A stretch of DNA of 64,000 nt from Patescibacteria group bacterium (GCA_050942955.1 JBMNOG010000001.1:4347-68346), one strand, 5' to 3'. Positions 46,557-57,556 are shown, counted from the stretch's first letter. Program-made: numbers and translations. The notes: a model not told the origin generated them from the letters alone.

Positions 46557-48587
46557 GTGAATATACAAATTCTTCATTCCTGGTTAACAGAGTACCTTGA
46601 AACCGATGCTTCAGCACCGGTTATCGGTGAGAAATTGGCTCTTTGCGGACCCTCTGTAGAGAAAGTTGAAAAACACGGAAAAGATTGGCTCTACGATATT
46701 GAAATCACCACTAACCGGGTCGATATGATGAGTGTATATGGTATTGCCCGAGAAGCCGCTGCTATTTTGCCTCAATTTGGCTACAAAACCAAACTAAAAC
46801 CTCTAACCTTAAACCGGGAAAAGCTACTTAAAAAAGATGCAGAAAAAACTTTTCCTCTGGCAATTAAAACAAAGAAAGAACTCACTAACAGGGTAATGGC
46901 AGTAATCATGGACAATGTTGAGATAGGAGAATCCCCGGCTTGGATAAAGCAAAGACTCGAAGCGGCAGGCATACGTTCACTTAATACAGTCATTGACGTT
47001 ACTAACTATGTCATGACTGAAATCGGTCACCCAACTCATGTTTTTGATTATGACCGTATTAAATCTCACAGTTTGCAATTTAGGTTATCAAAGAAAGGGG
47101 AGAAGGTAACTACACTAGATGAAAAAACTTATGTGCTTCCGGGTAATGATAGTGTTATTGAAGATAGTAGTGGCACCATTATTGACTTGCCGGGGATTAT
47201 GGGAACAGCTAACAGCGTGGTAACCAAGAAAACCAAGCGGATCATTTTCTTTATTGACAACAACGACCCTATTCTAATGCGCAATACTTCCATGACTTTG
47301 GGGATCCGTACAGTAGCCGCTACCTTAAATGAGAAACAGGTTGATCCTGAACTGGGAGAAGCTGCACTTCTTCGAGGAATTGAACTTTATAGAATGATCT
47401 GTAAAGCTAAAGTCGCCAGCAAACTGTATGATATTTACCTGAAAAAACCTCCAATTCGATTAATTAAAGTATCTCTTGATTTCATCTCAGAGAGACTGGG
47501 GAAAAAGGTCAACGAAAGTTATGTAAGAGATATTCTTACTTCACTTGGTTTTAAAGTCACTAGTCATAACAAATCACACCCTCTGACAGTAAAGGTGCCC
47601 TCTTGGAGAAACCATGATGTCCAAATACCGGAAGACATTGTTGAAGAAGTAGCTCGTATCTACGGGTATTTCAAGTTGCCAAGCTTACTTCCTACTGGAG
47701 AGTTTCCTAAATCCAGCCCTCAAACAGATCAGTTTTACTGGGAAGATATTGCCAAAACTGCTTTAAAATACTGGGGGTATACAGAAAACTACACATATTC
47801 TCTGATATCTGAAGAGTTAATTGAGAAAATCGGGAAAGATACAAAGAACTATTTGGAATTACGAAATCCGCTCACTCTAGAGTGGAGATTCTTACGTCAG
47901 TCACTAATTCCATCTCTTCTGCAGTCCTTAACCAATAATCAGGATAAAAGAGAAAGGTTACAACTATTTGAAATGGCAAACATATACCTACCTCAAAAGG
48001 AGGAGTTACCTCAAGAAATTATGCACCTCGCCTTAGTACGTTTAGGTAAACAATACCTTCAACTTAAAGGAGATATTGAGGGATTGGCTAGTGAGCTTGG
48101 GGTTAGGATAAACTTCAAGCCTGTAGTCTCAAACCCGATCTTAGATACACAAATCCAGGCAGAAATTTTTGTAAACAAAAAGAAGATAGGCTATATCGGC
48201 CAACTTTCTCATCAAATTCAAAAAGCGTTTAATCTAAAAGAGGCTGTTGTAGTTGCCCAGCTCAATTTTGAAAACCTATCATCTTTGGCCAGTAAAAACA
48301 AAATCTATGTGCCTATTCCCAAATACCCCCCCATTATTGAAGACATGACCTTCTTCAATGAGGCAAGGATTCCTGCCGCAAATATCCTGCAAGCAGTAAC
48401 TTCAATAGACCCTATTGTTCGTAGAGTTGAAATCATTGGTGTTTTTGAAAACAAGATTTCTCTCCGGATCACATATCAAAGTCCAAAGAAAAACCTTGCA
48501 ACTGAAGATATTCTGCCACTAAGACAGCAAATTGTTGTGTCTTTGGAGAAACTTGGCTTAATCCTGCAGAGCAACTCTCAACCTTAA
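46557..48587 (+). CDS. pheT: Phenylalanyl-tRNA synthetase beta subunit (short form)
   Basis: B3/B4 and B5 domains; C-terminal FDVY..; 676 aa. Confidence 0.85.
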   Translation: MNIQILHSWLTEYLETDASAPVIGEKLALCGPSVEKVEKHGKDWLYDIEITTNRVDMMSVYGIAREAAAILPQFGYKTKLKPLTLNREKLLKKDAEKTFPLAIKTKKELTNRVMAVIMDNVEIGESPAWIKQRLEAAGIRSLNTVIDVTNYVMTEIGHPTHVFDYDRIKSHSLQFRLSKKGEKVTTLDEKTYVLPGNDSVIEDSSGTIIDLPGIMGTANSVVTKKTKRIIFFIDNNDPILMRNTSMTLGIRTVAATLNEKQVDPELGEAALLRGIELYRMICKAKVASKLYDIYLKKPPIRLIKVSLDFISERLGKKVNESYVRDILTSLGFKVTSHNKSHPLTVKVPSWRNHDVQIPEDIVEEVARIYGYFKLPSLLPTGEFPKSSPQTDQFYWEDIAKTALKYWGYTENYTYSLISEELIEKIGKDTKNYLELRNPLTLEWRFLRQSLIPSLLQSLTNNQDKRERLQLFEMANIYLPQKEELPQEIMHLALVRLGKQYLQLKGDIEGLASELGVRINFKPVVSNPILDTQIQAEIFVNKKKIGYIGQLSHQIQKAFNLKEAVVVAQLNFENLSSLASKNKIYVPIPKYPPIIEDMTFFNEARIPAANILQAVTSIDPIVRRVEIIGVFENKISLRITYQSPKKNLATEDILPLRQQIVVSLEKLGLILQSNSQP

Positions 48588-49024
48588 CGAATCCGGTCAG
48601 AAAGCGCACTCCAAATACTCAACGCTAAAATTATTATCCCTAAAACAATATCATTGGTTCGAGCGACTGCTGTAGTATAGTCCAAAATTGATGGTGCAAA
48701 AATGAGCCAAAGACCGGCCACAGCATTAACCCAACTCAACCAATTTGTCCGAAGTGCACTAAACATTCTCACTAGAGCAACTATACCTACTACAATTCCA
48801 ACAACAAGATCGTTAAGAGCCGCTACTGTACCACCATACCCCAGAATAAAAGGGGCAAGAATTAACCAAATACCTGCTACTAAATTCAAACCACTGGCAG
48901 TAATAGCTTGCCCTTGGGCTGTAGCCATTTCTCCAGTAATAGTCGCTGCTCCACCTTTTCTCCCTCTTTCATTCTCTCTACGTTCCTCTTTTAATTCTTC
49001 TCTACGTTCTTCTCTGTCATCCAT
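48584..49024 (-). CDS. SPW-repeat membrane protein
   Basis: Two SPW-like repeats (NLVAGIWLILAPFILGY ... WLIFAPSILDY). Confidence 0.55.
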   Translation of the reverse strand: MDDREERREELKEERRENERGRKGGAATITGEMATAQGQAITASGLNLVAGIWLILAPFILGYGGTVAALNDLVVGIVVGIVALVRMFSALRTNWLSWVNAVAGLWLIFAPSILDYTTAVARTNDIVLGIIILALSIWSALSDRIR

Positions 49025-49148
49025 ACGTTATCACCACCTTTCGCTCTACACTGACCTTTTCTCATAACATAGAGAAACCAGTTAAAAGTTCAATTAGAGG
49101 GAGGTAAGATTTCGGCAAGAAATTGGTTGGATACGCGGTGAGAAAGGA

Positions 49149-49448
49149 TTAGGTAACTATTGTTTTACCACTCTTTTCTTGGGATATACCTAAAGCAATG
49201 TATTCTACAGCTTTGCCTGATAAAGCTTCCATTACATGAACAGCCTTGGCCGGAATAATGACAGCATCACCTTTCTTTAAAATAGTTTTTTCTTCACCAA
49301 CATGTATTTCCGCCTTTCCAGAAATTATGATAAAAATCTCATCCATATCTTCATGGTAGTGAGCTGAAAAAGACTTGCCTGGAGGCAAAAATGACCAGTT
49401 TATCATCTGAAGCCGGCCTTTTCTGATATCCATCTTCTTAAGAAGCAC
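49149..49448 (-). CDS. Cupin-domain protein
   Basis: SAHYHEDMDEIFIIISGKA...GDAVIIPAKAVH. Confidence 0.6.
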   Translation of the reverse strand: MLLKKMDIRKGRLQMINWSFLPPGKSFSAHYHEDMDEIFIIISGKAEIHVGEEKTILKKGDAVIIPAKAVHVMEALSGKAVEYIALGISQEKSGKTIVT

Positions 49449-49533
49449 CTTTTTAAGTGAGCCTGGATCTCGGGGATCTTCATGAGACGCCGGAATAAAT
49501 TCTAGGCTTTTACCTCAAATAATTTTAATGCCG

Positions 49534-52353
49534 TTAGTCTTCATCTGGCTCAGAAGTAGGAGTAGCAGTAGGAGAAGGACTTGGAGTTGGCTCAGTCCAA
49601 TCCCAGGGCTTATTTACCCCAATCTTTATTGTGTGCTCTCCGGTTTTACCATTAGTTGTATATGCTTTGGCTTTAAGGTCATAAACTCCATCATCAAGCC
49701 TTACTGTAGTCTTGTAAGGTTTATCTTTAACAGTACTTATCTTTTCGTCATTAGCAAAAAGTTCAATTTTATCAATGTCACTACTCGTACCAATACGCAG
49801 CCTTACCTCAAACTCGTTAGACAACTCTTCATGATCATTTGGTTTATCGAACCTCACTACTACTTCTTCATTAGTTTCGCAATACTCTGTAGGCGGGTGA
49901 TAACGCGAATCACTTTGGGTAGCTACCCATTCATCAATACCTTTTTGCCATCTATTGTCACTATTTCCAAAGAAAGGATCATCTTCTTTAAAAATGAAGA
50001 ATTCTTTCTCTTCATAGTCACCTTTGGCCACTAACTCCGGAGGAGCTAGTTTGTTTACATCTCCTTTACAAACTTTAAGTTTGACGTGGTATGGATCTTT
50101 ACCTGTCGGAACTGTCCCCTTAATAATTAAAACCTCTTTCGTTGGGAAATCATCATGGGCAGGGTAACCGGTGACTGCATCAAGATGCACAGTCTCAATA
50201 CCACTTGGTATAGTAAATTCAACTACAGGTTTACCGTCCAGTGCAGCTAAGATACTTCTTCTCCAGATAGGTGAGGCACCGGAAATACCTGAAGCTACTG
50301 AAGCCATTTTGGAATTGTCGTTATTACCCACCCATACACCAACAATTACCTGAGGCGTCCAACCGATGGTCCAGTTGTCGCGTTGGTCGTCTGTAGTTCC
50401 TGTCTTAACCGCTACAGTTCTGCCTGGAATATTAAGCAGAGAGTTTGGCCCAAAGGTCAGAAGCCGGGCATTATTATCAGCCAACACATGAGAAATAATA
50501 AAAGCTTCCTGAGGTGTTAAAACTTGTTTGCCTTCAACCTGCTTATGTTCATCCAATACCTTTCCATCTTTATTTATCACTTTAAGAATTGAAACCGGCT
50601 CAACGCGCTTTCCCCCATTAGCAAAGGATGAGTATGCAGTAGTAAGTTCGAGCAACCTAACCTCCCCACCTCCTAAAGTGACAGACAAACCAAGTCTACC
50701 AATATTTTCTTTTGAAGGTTCAAAGGTACTTATTCCCATATCATACCCAACCTGCATCATGTCCTGAACCCCAACCATAGCCAACAATTTAACCGCTGGA
50801 ATATTGAGCGAGCTACCCAAAGCTGCACTCAATGAAACAGGTCCATGAAATTTACCGGTATAATTTTTGGGAACATAAGGCTCACCTGGCTTAACACCTG
50901 GGAATTCCGTTTTTGTATCCATAATCATCGTTTCCTGGGTAAACCCTTCCTTGAGCGCAGTTACATATGTCACAGGTTTAATTGAAGAGCCGGGTTGGCG
51001 CAATGATAAGGCCACATTTACTTTGCCGTCATAGTCTTCAGCAAAATAGTCTTTAGAACCAACCATAGAAAGGATTTCTCCGGTTTGAGGATCAATAGCT
51101 ACAGCACTCCCGTTAGTAATATGATGGCTTTCTTCGACTTTCTCTATCTCTTCAGTAACTGCCTCCTGAATCTTTTTATGAAGTTCATAATCTAAAGTGG
51201 TTTTAACGGTTAAACCTCCCTGTTCAACCAGGTTCTGGCCGTAACGCTCTTCAAGCTGATCTTTAACGTACATAACAAAATGAGGAGCTAAAATACTTCC
51301 TCCAGGAGGGTTAAACTTCACTGTATCCAGATCTTTAATAGCTTGTTCTTCCTGTTCCTTTGAAATATAGCCGTCTTCCCTCATTCTCCGAAGAACGTCC
51401 CTGGTACGTCCTTTGAACGCTTCGGGGTTGGAGCCATAAGGTGAGTAATATGAAGGGCTTTGAGGCATACCCGCCAAGATAGCGCTTTCTATCAAGTTTA
51501 GATCCTGAACATGTTTACCGAAGTATGTCTCAGCCGCCGCTACTACTCCCCAAGCAGTCCCACCATATGGTGCCTCATTGAGATAGATTTGAAGGATTTG
51601 GTCTTTAGTGTAGCGGCGCTCAATCTGGATAGCTAATACCAGCTCTTTGAGTTTACGAGAAAGAGTTCTGTCTGAGGTAAGCAAAACATTTTTAACAGTC
51701 TGCTGAGTAAGGGTTGAACCTCCAATAAGACGCTGTTTGAAAAGAAGATTATAGACAATACGCAAGTATCCCTTAGGATCAAACCCTTCATGACCGTAGA
51801 AATTTTTATCCTCTATAGCAATGGTTGCTAACTTAAGATAATCAGGAACCTGATTAAGTTCAACTGGGATTCTTTTCTCGTCTGCAAACACTTCATAGAG
51901 AAGTACGTCGTTTCTGTCATAAATTTTAGTGGCAAAACCTTCGCGGCGGACAATTTTATCCGGTTGAGGCAGATCTTTAGCATACCACGCAAACGCAGCT
52001 GTGAGAGTAAGGGTGAATAAAAGAAGACCGGCAAAGCAGGCAATAGCGCCATACTTAAACAGTTTGGCTTTATTGAGGTTCCACCTCTTGCCTACAGCCG
52101 CAATACGAGTTCCCGCACTTGACCGGTTCATTTGATACAGCCGTTTTTTCCAGGTTCGTTTCCAAAGTGGACTTCTGCCGAAAATTCCCATAGGCAGTAT
52201 GTCATCCAAGAAGTTTGACAGAGAACGGCAAAACTTTCTCCCATTTTCCCTGATATAACTGCTTGCTTGACGCACCTTATTATATCGCACCATACCATAT
52301 TGTGAAAAGAAAGCAAGTAGTTTGTGAAAGGTTTGCCTCATATCTTTCTTCAT
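49534..52353 (-). CDS. Bifunctional penicillin-binding protein 1A (transglycosylase/transpeptidase) with C-terminal Ig-like/Pro-Thr-rich extension
   Basis: GT51 motifs EDKNFYGHEG, GGSTLTQQ; TP motifs SSIKP, KTGT; 939 aa. Confidence 0.85.
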   Translation of the reverse strand: MKKDMRQTFHKLLAFFSQYGMVRYNKVRQASSYIRENGRKFCRSLSNFLDDILPMGIFGRSPLWKRTWKKRLYQMNRSSAGTRIAAVGKRWNLNKAKLFKYGAIACFAGLLLFTLTLTAAFAWYAKDLPQPDKIVRREGFATKIYDRNDVLLYEVFADEKRIPVELNQVPDYLKLATIAIEDKNFYGHEGFDPKGYLRIVYNLLFKQRLIGGSTLTQQTVKNVLLTSDRTLSRKLKELVLAIQIERRYTKDQILQIYLNEAPYGGTAWGVVAAAETYFGKHVQDLNLIESAILAGMPQSPSYYSPYGSNPEAFKGRTRDVLRRMREDGYISKEQEEQAIKDLDTVKFNPPGGSILAPHFVMYVKDQLEERYGQNLVEQGGLTVKTTLDYELHKKIQEAVTEEIEKVEESHHITNGSAVAIDPQTGEILSMVGSKDYFAEDYDGKVNVALSLRQPGSSIKPVTYVTALKEGFTQETMIMDTKTEFPGVKPGEPYVPKNYTGKFHGPVSLSAALGSSLNIPAVKLLAMVGVQDMMQVGYDMGISTFEPSKENIGRLGLSVTLGGGEVRLLELTTAYSSFANGGKRVEPVSILKVINKDGKVLDEHKQVEGKQVLTPQEAFIISHVLADNNARLLTFGPNSLLNIPGRTVAVKTGTTDDQRDNWTIGWTPQVIVGVWVGNNDNSKMASVASGISGASPIWRRSILAALDGKPVVEFTIPSGIETVHLDAVTGYPAHDDFPTKEVLIIKGTVPTGKDPYHVKLKVCKGDVNKLAPPELVAKGDYEEKEFFIFKEDDPFFGNSDNRWQKGIDEWVATQSDSRYHPPTEYCETNEEVVVRFDKPNDHEELSNEFEVRLRIGTSSDIDKIELFANDEKISTVKDKPYKTTVRLDDGVYDLKAKAYTTNGKTGEHTIKIGVNKPWDWTEPTPSPSPTATPTSEPDED

Positions 52354-52368
52354 TTACCCGAATAGAGT

Positions 52369-53643
52369 TTGCGTATCTTTCTGTCCTCGAGTAAAATGAA
52401 GGCTATGGCAAATATTATCACAAATCCAACCATTATTGATGATTTAATTAACAGAAGAATAAATGAAGCTATTCCAGGAAAAGATGATCTGCTCAAGCGC
52501 TTGCTTTCGGGAGAAAGACTTACAATTTACCAAGGATTTGATCCTACTTCTCCCAATCTCCATATCGGACATTTGGTTGGTATCCTGACACTTAAAAAGT
52601 TTCAAGAATTGGGACATAAGGTTATCTTTCTGATTGGAGACTTTACTGCTACTATAGGCGATCCTACAGGAAAAGATAAAACCCGTACAGCCTTGACCTT
52701 TGAGCAAGTTAGGAATAATGCCCAAACGTATCAGGATCAGATCCAGTCGGTCTTGCACTTTGACGGCGCAAACCCTGCTGCACTGCGTTTCAATAGTGAG
52801 TGGCTTAAGCAAATGGATCTTACTGAGGTTTTAGAGCTAGCTATGGGCTTTACCGCCCAGCAAATGCTGGAAAGAGACATGTTCCAACGCAGACTTCAAG
52901 AAGAAAAACCCATAGGACTGCATGAGTTTTTGTATCCGGTTCTGGTTACCAAAGATGCCCTAGCCATGAATGTAGATATTGAACTGGGAGGCTCAGACCA
53001 ACTATTTAATATGTCTGTGGGACGCAATGTCATTAAATCCCTGACCGGAAAAGATAAAATGGCGATAACCACCCATCTCTTAGTTGATAATACAGGCAAA
53101 AAAATCGGTAAAACTGAGGGAAACGCTATTAACATCAGTGATAAACCGGAAGATCTGTACGGCAAAATCATGAGCCTTTCTGATGAGGCTATAATGCCGT
53201 GTTTTAAACTCATCACTTTGGTACCTACTGAGGAATTGGTTGAAATTGAAAAAGCAGCTAGTCAAAACCCTATGCAGCAGAAGAAGAGGCTTGCTTGGGA
53301 GATTGTGGCTATGCTTCAGGGAAAGAGCAAAGCTGATAAAGCTCAGGAACACTTCGAAAAGACTGTACAGTCAGGTGAAATACCTCAGGAGATGCCGACT
53401 ATTAGAATGGAAAAAGTTGCCAATATTTTCTTAAAAAAAATTGACAATCTAGCAGTTGAAATCCCTGATCTTCTTGTAAGAACACATATGACCCCTTCAA
53501 AATCAGAAGCCAGAAGACTCATTGAGCAGGGGGCAGTAAGAGTTGATGGAGAGGTTGTTAAAGATCTTAAAACAGAAGTGACGTTAAAACCTGGTATGAT
53601 TATTCAAGCTGGCAAAAGAAAGTTTATCAAAATTACCGATTAA
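52369..53643 (+). CDS. tyrS: Tyrosyl-tRNA synthetase
   Basis: HIGHL, KMSKS-like region, C-terminal S4 domain (SKSEARRLIEQGAVRVDG). Confidence 0.85.
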   Translation: MRIFLSSSKMKAMANIITNPTIIDDLINRRINEAIPGKDDLLKRLLSGERLTIYQGFDPTSPNLHIGHLVGILTLKKFQELGHKVIFLIGDFTATIGDPTGKDKTRTALTFEQVRNNAQTYQDQIQSVLHFDGANPAALRFNSEWLKQMDLTEVLELAMGFTAQQMLERDMFQRRLQEEKPIGLHEFLYPVLVTKDALAMNVDIELGGSDQLFNMSVGRNVIKSLTGKDKMAITTHLLVDNTGKKIGKTEGNAINISDKPEDLYGKIMSLSDEAIMPCFKLITLVPTEELVEIEKAASQNPMQQKKRLAWEIVAMLQGKSKADKAQEHFEKTVQSGEIPQEMPTIRMEKVANIFLKKIDNLAVEIPDLLVRTHMTPSKSEARRLIEQGAVRVDGEVVKDLKTEVTLKPGMIIQAGKRKFIKITD

Positions 53644-53646
53644 GTT

Positions 53647-53772
53647 ATGAAAATTCTTTTTTGGAAAGTTAAAAAGAAAAAGATTGGCAGAATTTTAGCT
53701 GTAGCTTTTGCTGTCCTCATGATCATCAGTTTGTTCCTTCCGATGGTTATGCAGACTTTAGGAGCTTTTTAG
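53647..53772 (+). CDS. Possible small membrane peptide (41 aa: MKILFWKVKKKKIGRILAVAFAVLMIISLFLPMVMQTLGAF)
   Basis: ATG-initiated ORF in the tyrS-recG gap, not in the >=60 aa track; Lys-rich N-terminus plus one hydrophobic helix. Confidence 0.3.
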   Translation: MKILFWKVKKKKIGRILAVAFAVLMIISLFLPMVMQTLGAF

Positions 53773-53799
53773 TTTACGAGTTAGCTTCCACTCATTCTT

Positions 53800-55842
53800 A
53801 TGGCAATTTCTCTTGAAACCCCCATCCAAGAGCTTTACATGATAGGTGATAAGTATGCCGAAAAGCTGAATAAGTATCTCAATATCCATACAGTCAAAGA
53901 CCTCCTATACCATTTCCCATTCCGCTATGACGACTTAACTACAATAAAAGCTGTATCTGAAGTTAGAGTAGGAGAGACAGTTACTCTAGAAGGTCAGATT
54001 TTAACTCTGAAAAATACCTACACGAGAAGCGGTAAGCAGTTGCAGCAGGGTATTTTTACTGATGGTAAAAGTCCTTTGACAGTGACCTGGTTTAATCAAC
54101 CATACCTTGTTAAAACACTATCTCCAGGGACTAGAGTAAGCCTTGCGGGCACTATTTCCCGTTTTGGCGGCAAAATCGGGTTAACCGCACCGAAGTTTGA
54201 AATCTTAAAATCGCATCCTAAGATTAACACTACTCCTATTCACACCGGCCGCCTGGTACCTGTATATCCGGAAACCTATGAGATTTCTTCAAAATGGCTG
54301 CGGTCCCGTATACAACCTATCTTAAAACAAATTGAGAGTTTGGTAGAGGATTGGCTGCCGGAGGAGATACGCAGTCAGGAACGCTTTCTACCGCTCTCAG
54401 AAGCTCTTAGAAACATCCACTTCCCTAAAACAATTAACGATGCCGAAACTGCTAGAAAACGCCTGGCATTTGATGAACTTTTTCTCCTGCAACTTCAAAT
54501 ACAGCAAAAGAAAAAGGAGTGGCAGCAAACCAAGCTCAGACACAAACTCACAGTTCAGTTTGAAGACTTAACCCCATTTCTAGAAAAATTACCCTTTGAG
54601 CTTACCCAGGATCAAATCAAAGCTATTAAAGATACCATTGATGACTTAAATCAGGAGACCCCAATGAATAGACTTCTTGAGGGTGATGTTGGTAGTGGCA
54701 AAACTGTGGTGGCTGCTGCCGCGATTTACCTCTCTCATCTTAAAAAAGTCAAAGCAGTTTTTATGGCTCCCACTGAGGTCCTAGCTAACCAGCATTTCAA
54801 AACGCTTTCAGAACTTCTTGAACCTCATAATATATCTATAGGTTTTTACACTGGCTCAAAAAAATCTAAAGGAAAACTGGAAGACTATGATGTTTATCTG
54901 GGGACTCATGCCCTTTTGTTTCAAGACTTAGATCATACTCAAATTGGTTTGGTTATCATTGATGAACAGCACCGTTTTGGGGTCGAACAAAGAGCTCGTC
55001 TTCTTGGGGGTACAATCGCACCTCATGTTTTGAGTATGACTGCAACCCCGATTCCCCGTACTGCCGCACTAACTCTCTACGGGGATTTAGCGTTGTCACT
55101 TATTACCACAATGCCTAAAGGTAGAAAGCCGGTCAAGACCTGGTTAGTACCCCATTCTAAGAGACTCTCTGCTTATAGTTGGATAGCCGATCAAGTTCAG
55201 AAACACAAGAGTCAAGCGTACTTCATTTACCCTCTTATTGACCCTTCTGAAAAAACCATGATGACAGAGATAAAAGCAGCTAAAGCTGAGTATGAAAAAC
55301 TAAAAAAACATTTTTCAACTCTAAAGGTTGGACTTCTACATGGCAAGCTAAAATCAAAAGAAAAACAGGAAGTGATGGAGAACTTTGCCAAGCATAAGCT
55401 TGATATTCTGGTAGCAACATCAGTTATTGAAGTAGGGATTGACGTGGCCAATGCCAGCATTATTGTTATTGAAGGAGCAGATCGGTTTGGTTTGAGTCAG
55501 CTTCACCAGCTAAGAGGTAGAGTAGGTAGGGGAGATCAGCAGTCATACTGCCTTCTTTTTAGTAGTACAGACGGCAGTAGTAACCGAAGACTGAAAGCTA
55601 TGGAAACTATTCAGTCAGGTATTGAGCTGGCAGAGCTGGATTTAAAACTGCGGGGACCTGGAGAGCTTTACGGCACTATGCAATCAGGGTTTCTGGACTT
55701 AAAGCTAGCATCTTTTAACGATAAAGAGCTTATTGACAAGACTTACCGCTGCGCCAGCAACTTCATTTCCCGGATTTCGGAGTTTCCTCTCTTGCATAAG
55801 AGGCTAACCAGTTGTACAATCGGCAACATAAAACCTAACTAA
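53800..55842 (+). CDS. recG: ATP-dependent DNA helicase RecG
   Basis: Wedge domain, GDVGSGKT Walker A, DEQH, helicase C, TRG-like region. Confidence 0.85.
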   Translation: MAISLETPIQELYMIGDKYAEKLNKYLNIHTVKDLLYHFPFRYDDLTTIKAVSEVRVGETVTLEGQILTLKNTYTRSGKQLQQGIFTDGKSPLTVTWFNQPYLVKTLSPGTRVSLAGTISRFGGKIGLTAPKFEILKSHPKINTTPIHTGRLVPVYPETYEISSKWLRSRIQPILKQIESLVEDWLPEEIRSQERFLPLSEALRNIHFPKTINDAETARKRLAFDELFLLQLQIQQKKKEWQQTKLRHKLTVQFEDLTPFLEKLPFELTQDQIKAIKDTIDDLNQETPMNRLLEGDVGSGKTVVAAAAIYLSHLKKVKAVFMAPTEVLANQHFKTLSELLEPHNISIGFYTGSKKSKGKLEDYDVYLGTHALLFQDLDHTQIGLVIIDEQHRFGVEQRARLLGGTIAPHVLSMTATPIPRTAALTLYGDLALSLITTMPKGRKPVKTWLVPHSKRLSAYSWIADQVQKHKSQAYFIYPLIDPSEKTMMTEIKAAKAEYEKLKKHFSTLKVGLLHGKLKSKEKQEVMENFAKHKLDILVATSVIEVGIDVANASIIVIEGADRFGLSQLHQLRGRVGRGDQQSYCLLFSSTDGSSNRRLKAMETIQSGIELAELDLKLRGPGELYGTMQSGFLDLKLASFNDKELIDKTYRCASNFISRISEFPLLHKRLTSCTIGNIKPN

Positions 55843-55930
55843 TAGGGGTAGATTTTTATTGGATTAAGCAAAAGGAGAGATTAAGGTAAACAGTATTTAT
55901 AATACATTACTTTAACTTTATACTAACACT

Positions 55931-56083
55931 ATGCCACCACTACCAAAAAAGAAACATTCAACTCGCAGAACCGGAATGCGCCGAGCCGCTATAAAACGAC
56001 CTAAAGTAACAATCAGTATTTGCAAATACTGCAACTCTCCAAAAGAGCCACATGTCGTTTGCAAAAACTGTGGGAAGTATTAA
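55931..56083 (+). CDS. rpmF: Ribosomal protein L32 (zinc-ribbon form)
   Basis: 50-aa ORF MPPLPKKKHSTRRTGMRRAAIK...CKYCNSPKEPHVVCKNCGKY; below the ORF-track size cutoff. Confidence 0.65.
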   Translation: MPPLPKKKHSTRRTGMRRAAIKRPKVTISICKYCNSPKEPHVVCKNCGKY

Positions 56084-56137
56084 TAGTTTAAGTTCAAAAT
56101 AAAGAGAATTAAAAGATCTTTTTATTTTGAATCGTTC

Positions 56138-56527
56138 TTGAAAAAACTGTCTGACCCAAGACACCAAAAGAGAGTGGAGAAGTTCAAGTCTCTCTTTTCG
56201 TACAGTTTTGGTAACCATACAATCTCTGTAGAACTGAAACCTTCTCCTGAAATCGTTTTAATTATTGACAACCTGAAAAAAATTGATGACTATATTCAAG
56301 GAGCCGCTCCGGAATGGCCTGTAGATAGACTGAATAAGGTAGATTTAGCAATCCTGCGTTTAGCCGTTTACGAACTTCTTGTTGAAAAAAAGACGCCACC
56401 GAAAGTGGTTATTGATGAGGCAGTTGAATTGGGCAAAAGATATGGAAGTGAAAATACTCCTAAGTTTGTCAACGGAGTGTTGGGCGCTCTTTTGAAAAAG
56501 GACAGGGAAGATAATAAATCAAATTAA
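56138..56527 (+). CDS. nusB: Transcription antitermination factor NusB
   Basis: RHQKRVEKFKSLF..DLAILRLAVYEL..; TTG start per track. Confidence 0.7.
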   Translation: MKKLSDPRHQKRVEKFKSLFSYSFGNHTISVELKPSPEIVLIIDNLKKIDDYIQGAAPEWPVDRLNKVDLAILRLAVYELLVEKKTPPKVVIDEAVELGKRYGSENTPKFVNGVLGALLKKDREDNKSN

Positions 56528-56537
56528 CAGGAACCCT

Positions 56538-56780
56538 ATGAATAAGAATGACCTTTTCGTCCTAATTAGCAATGTATTTGGTGTTGAACCTGGTGATATC
56601 AATAGAGATTCAGATTTTTACGACGATCTTAATGCTGACTCAACAGATATGATTGAACTCAAGCTTCAGCTCGAAGATGAACTTAAAACAAAACTGGATG
56701 ACGACGAATACCTTTCTGTACAAACTGTCGGAGATTTAATTGACTTAATTGAGGAATACAGTAATGACTACATTGACTAA
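56538..56780 (+). CDS. Acyl-carrier-protein-like small acidic protein
   Basis: LNADSTDMIELKLQLEDEL resembles the ACP phosphopantetheine site (DSL). Confidence 0.55.
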   Translation: MNKNDLFVLISNVFGVEPGDINRDSDFYDDLNADSTDMIELKLQLEDELKTKLDDDEYLSVQTVGDLIDLIEEYSNDYID

Positions 56781-57456
56781 GTGCCAAGAGCAATTCGGGT
56801 ACCGCTACCACAACATTAACCTTCTTCAAACCGCTCTCACACACCGATCCTATCTTAACGAAGACAGAAGCGTAGTTGAGTCGAATGAACGTTTAGAATT
56901 CTTAGGAGACGCAGTACTAGAATTAATAGTTTCAGACTTTCTATACAATCGCTTTCCTAAACTTCCTGAAGGCAGACTTACAGCACTTCGCTCTAAGATC
57001 GTCCAAACTCGCACTTTGGCAGCTGTTGCCAATAATCTAAACCTTGGAGAGTGCTTACTTTTGTCCAAGGGAGAAACAGCTTCAGGAGGGAGGCAGAACC
57101 CTTCAATCTTAGCTGATTTAGTTGAGGCAATTATCGGTTCGCTCTATCTTGACGGTGGAATTGAAACGGCAAAGCAGTTTATTAACACTCAGTTGCTTGA
57201 GAACTATCAGGATTTAATAGAAAGTGCCGAAGTAGAAGACTGGAAAAGCAAGCTTCAGGAAGTTGTTCAAGCTAAGGGTGGAATAGCCCCTACCTATGAG
57301 GTTCTTAAAGAGGAGGGCCCGGATCATGACAGGGTTTTTACAGTAAGCGTTTTCTTTTTTGATAAGTCTCAGGCGAAAGGCAGCGGCAAATCAAAACAAG
57401 CTGCTCAGCAAGCGGCCGCCAGGAAAGCTCTTGAGAAATTACAGGCTCTAGGGTAG
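56749..57456 (+). CDS. rnc: Ribonuclease III
   Basis: ERLEFLGDAVLEL signature plus C-terminal dsRBD; start probably the Met at 56764. Confidence 0.9.
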   Translation: MRNTVMTTLTKCQEQFGYRYHNINLLQTALTHRSYLNEDRSVVESNERLEFLGDAVLELIVSDFLYNRFPKLPEGRLTALRSKIVQTRTLAAVANNLNLGECLLLSKGETASGGRQNPSILADLVEAIIGSLYLDGGIETAKQFINTQLLENYQDLIESAEVEDWKSKLQEVVQAKGGIAPTYEVLKEEGPDHDRVFTVSVFFFDKSQAKGSGKSKQAAQQAAARKALEKLQALG

Positions 57457-57556
57457 AATACCCTTTATCGTCTTTTTTATATAAGTACGGATGTTTTCTT
57501 TAAAAGATCACGCCTTCTTATATAAAGAAACATAATCATTACAAAAAATTCTAATT

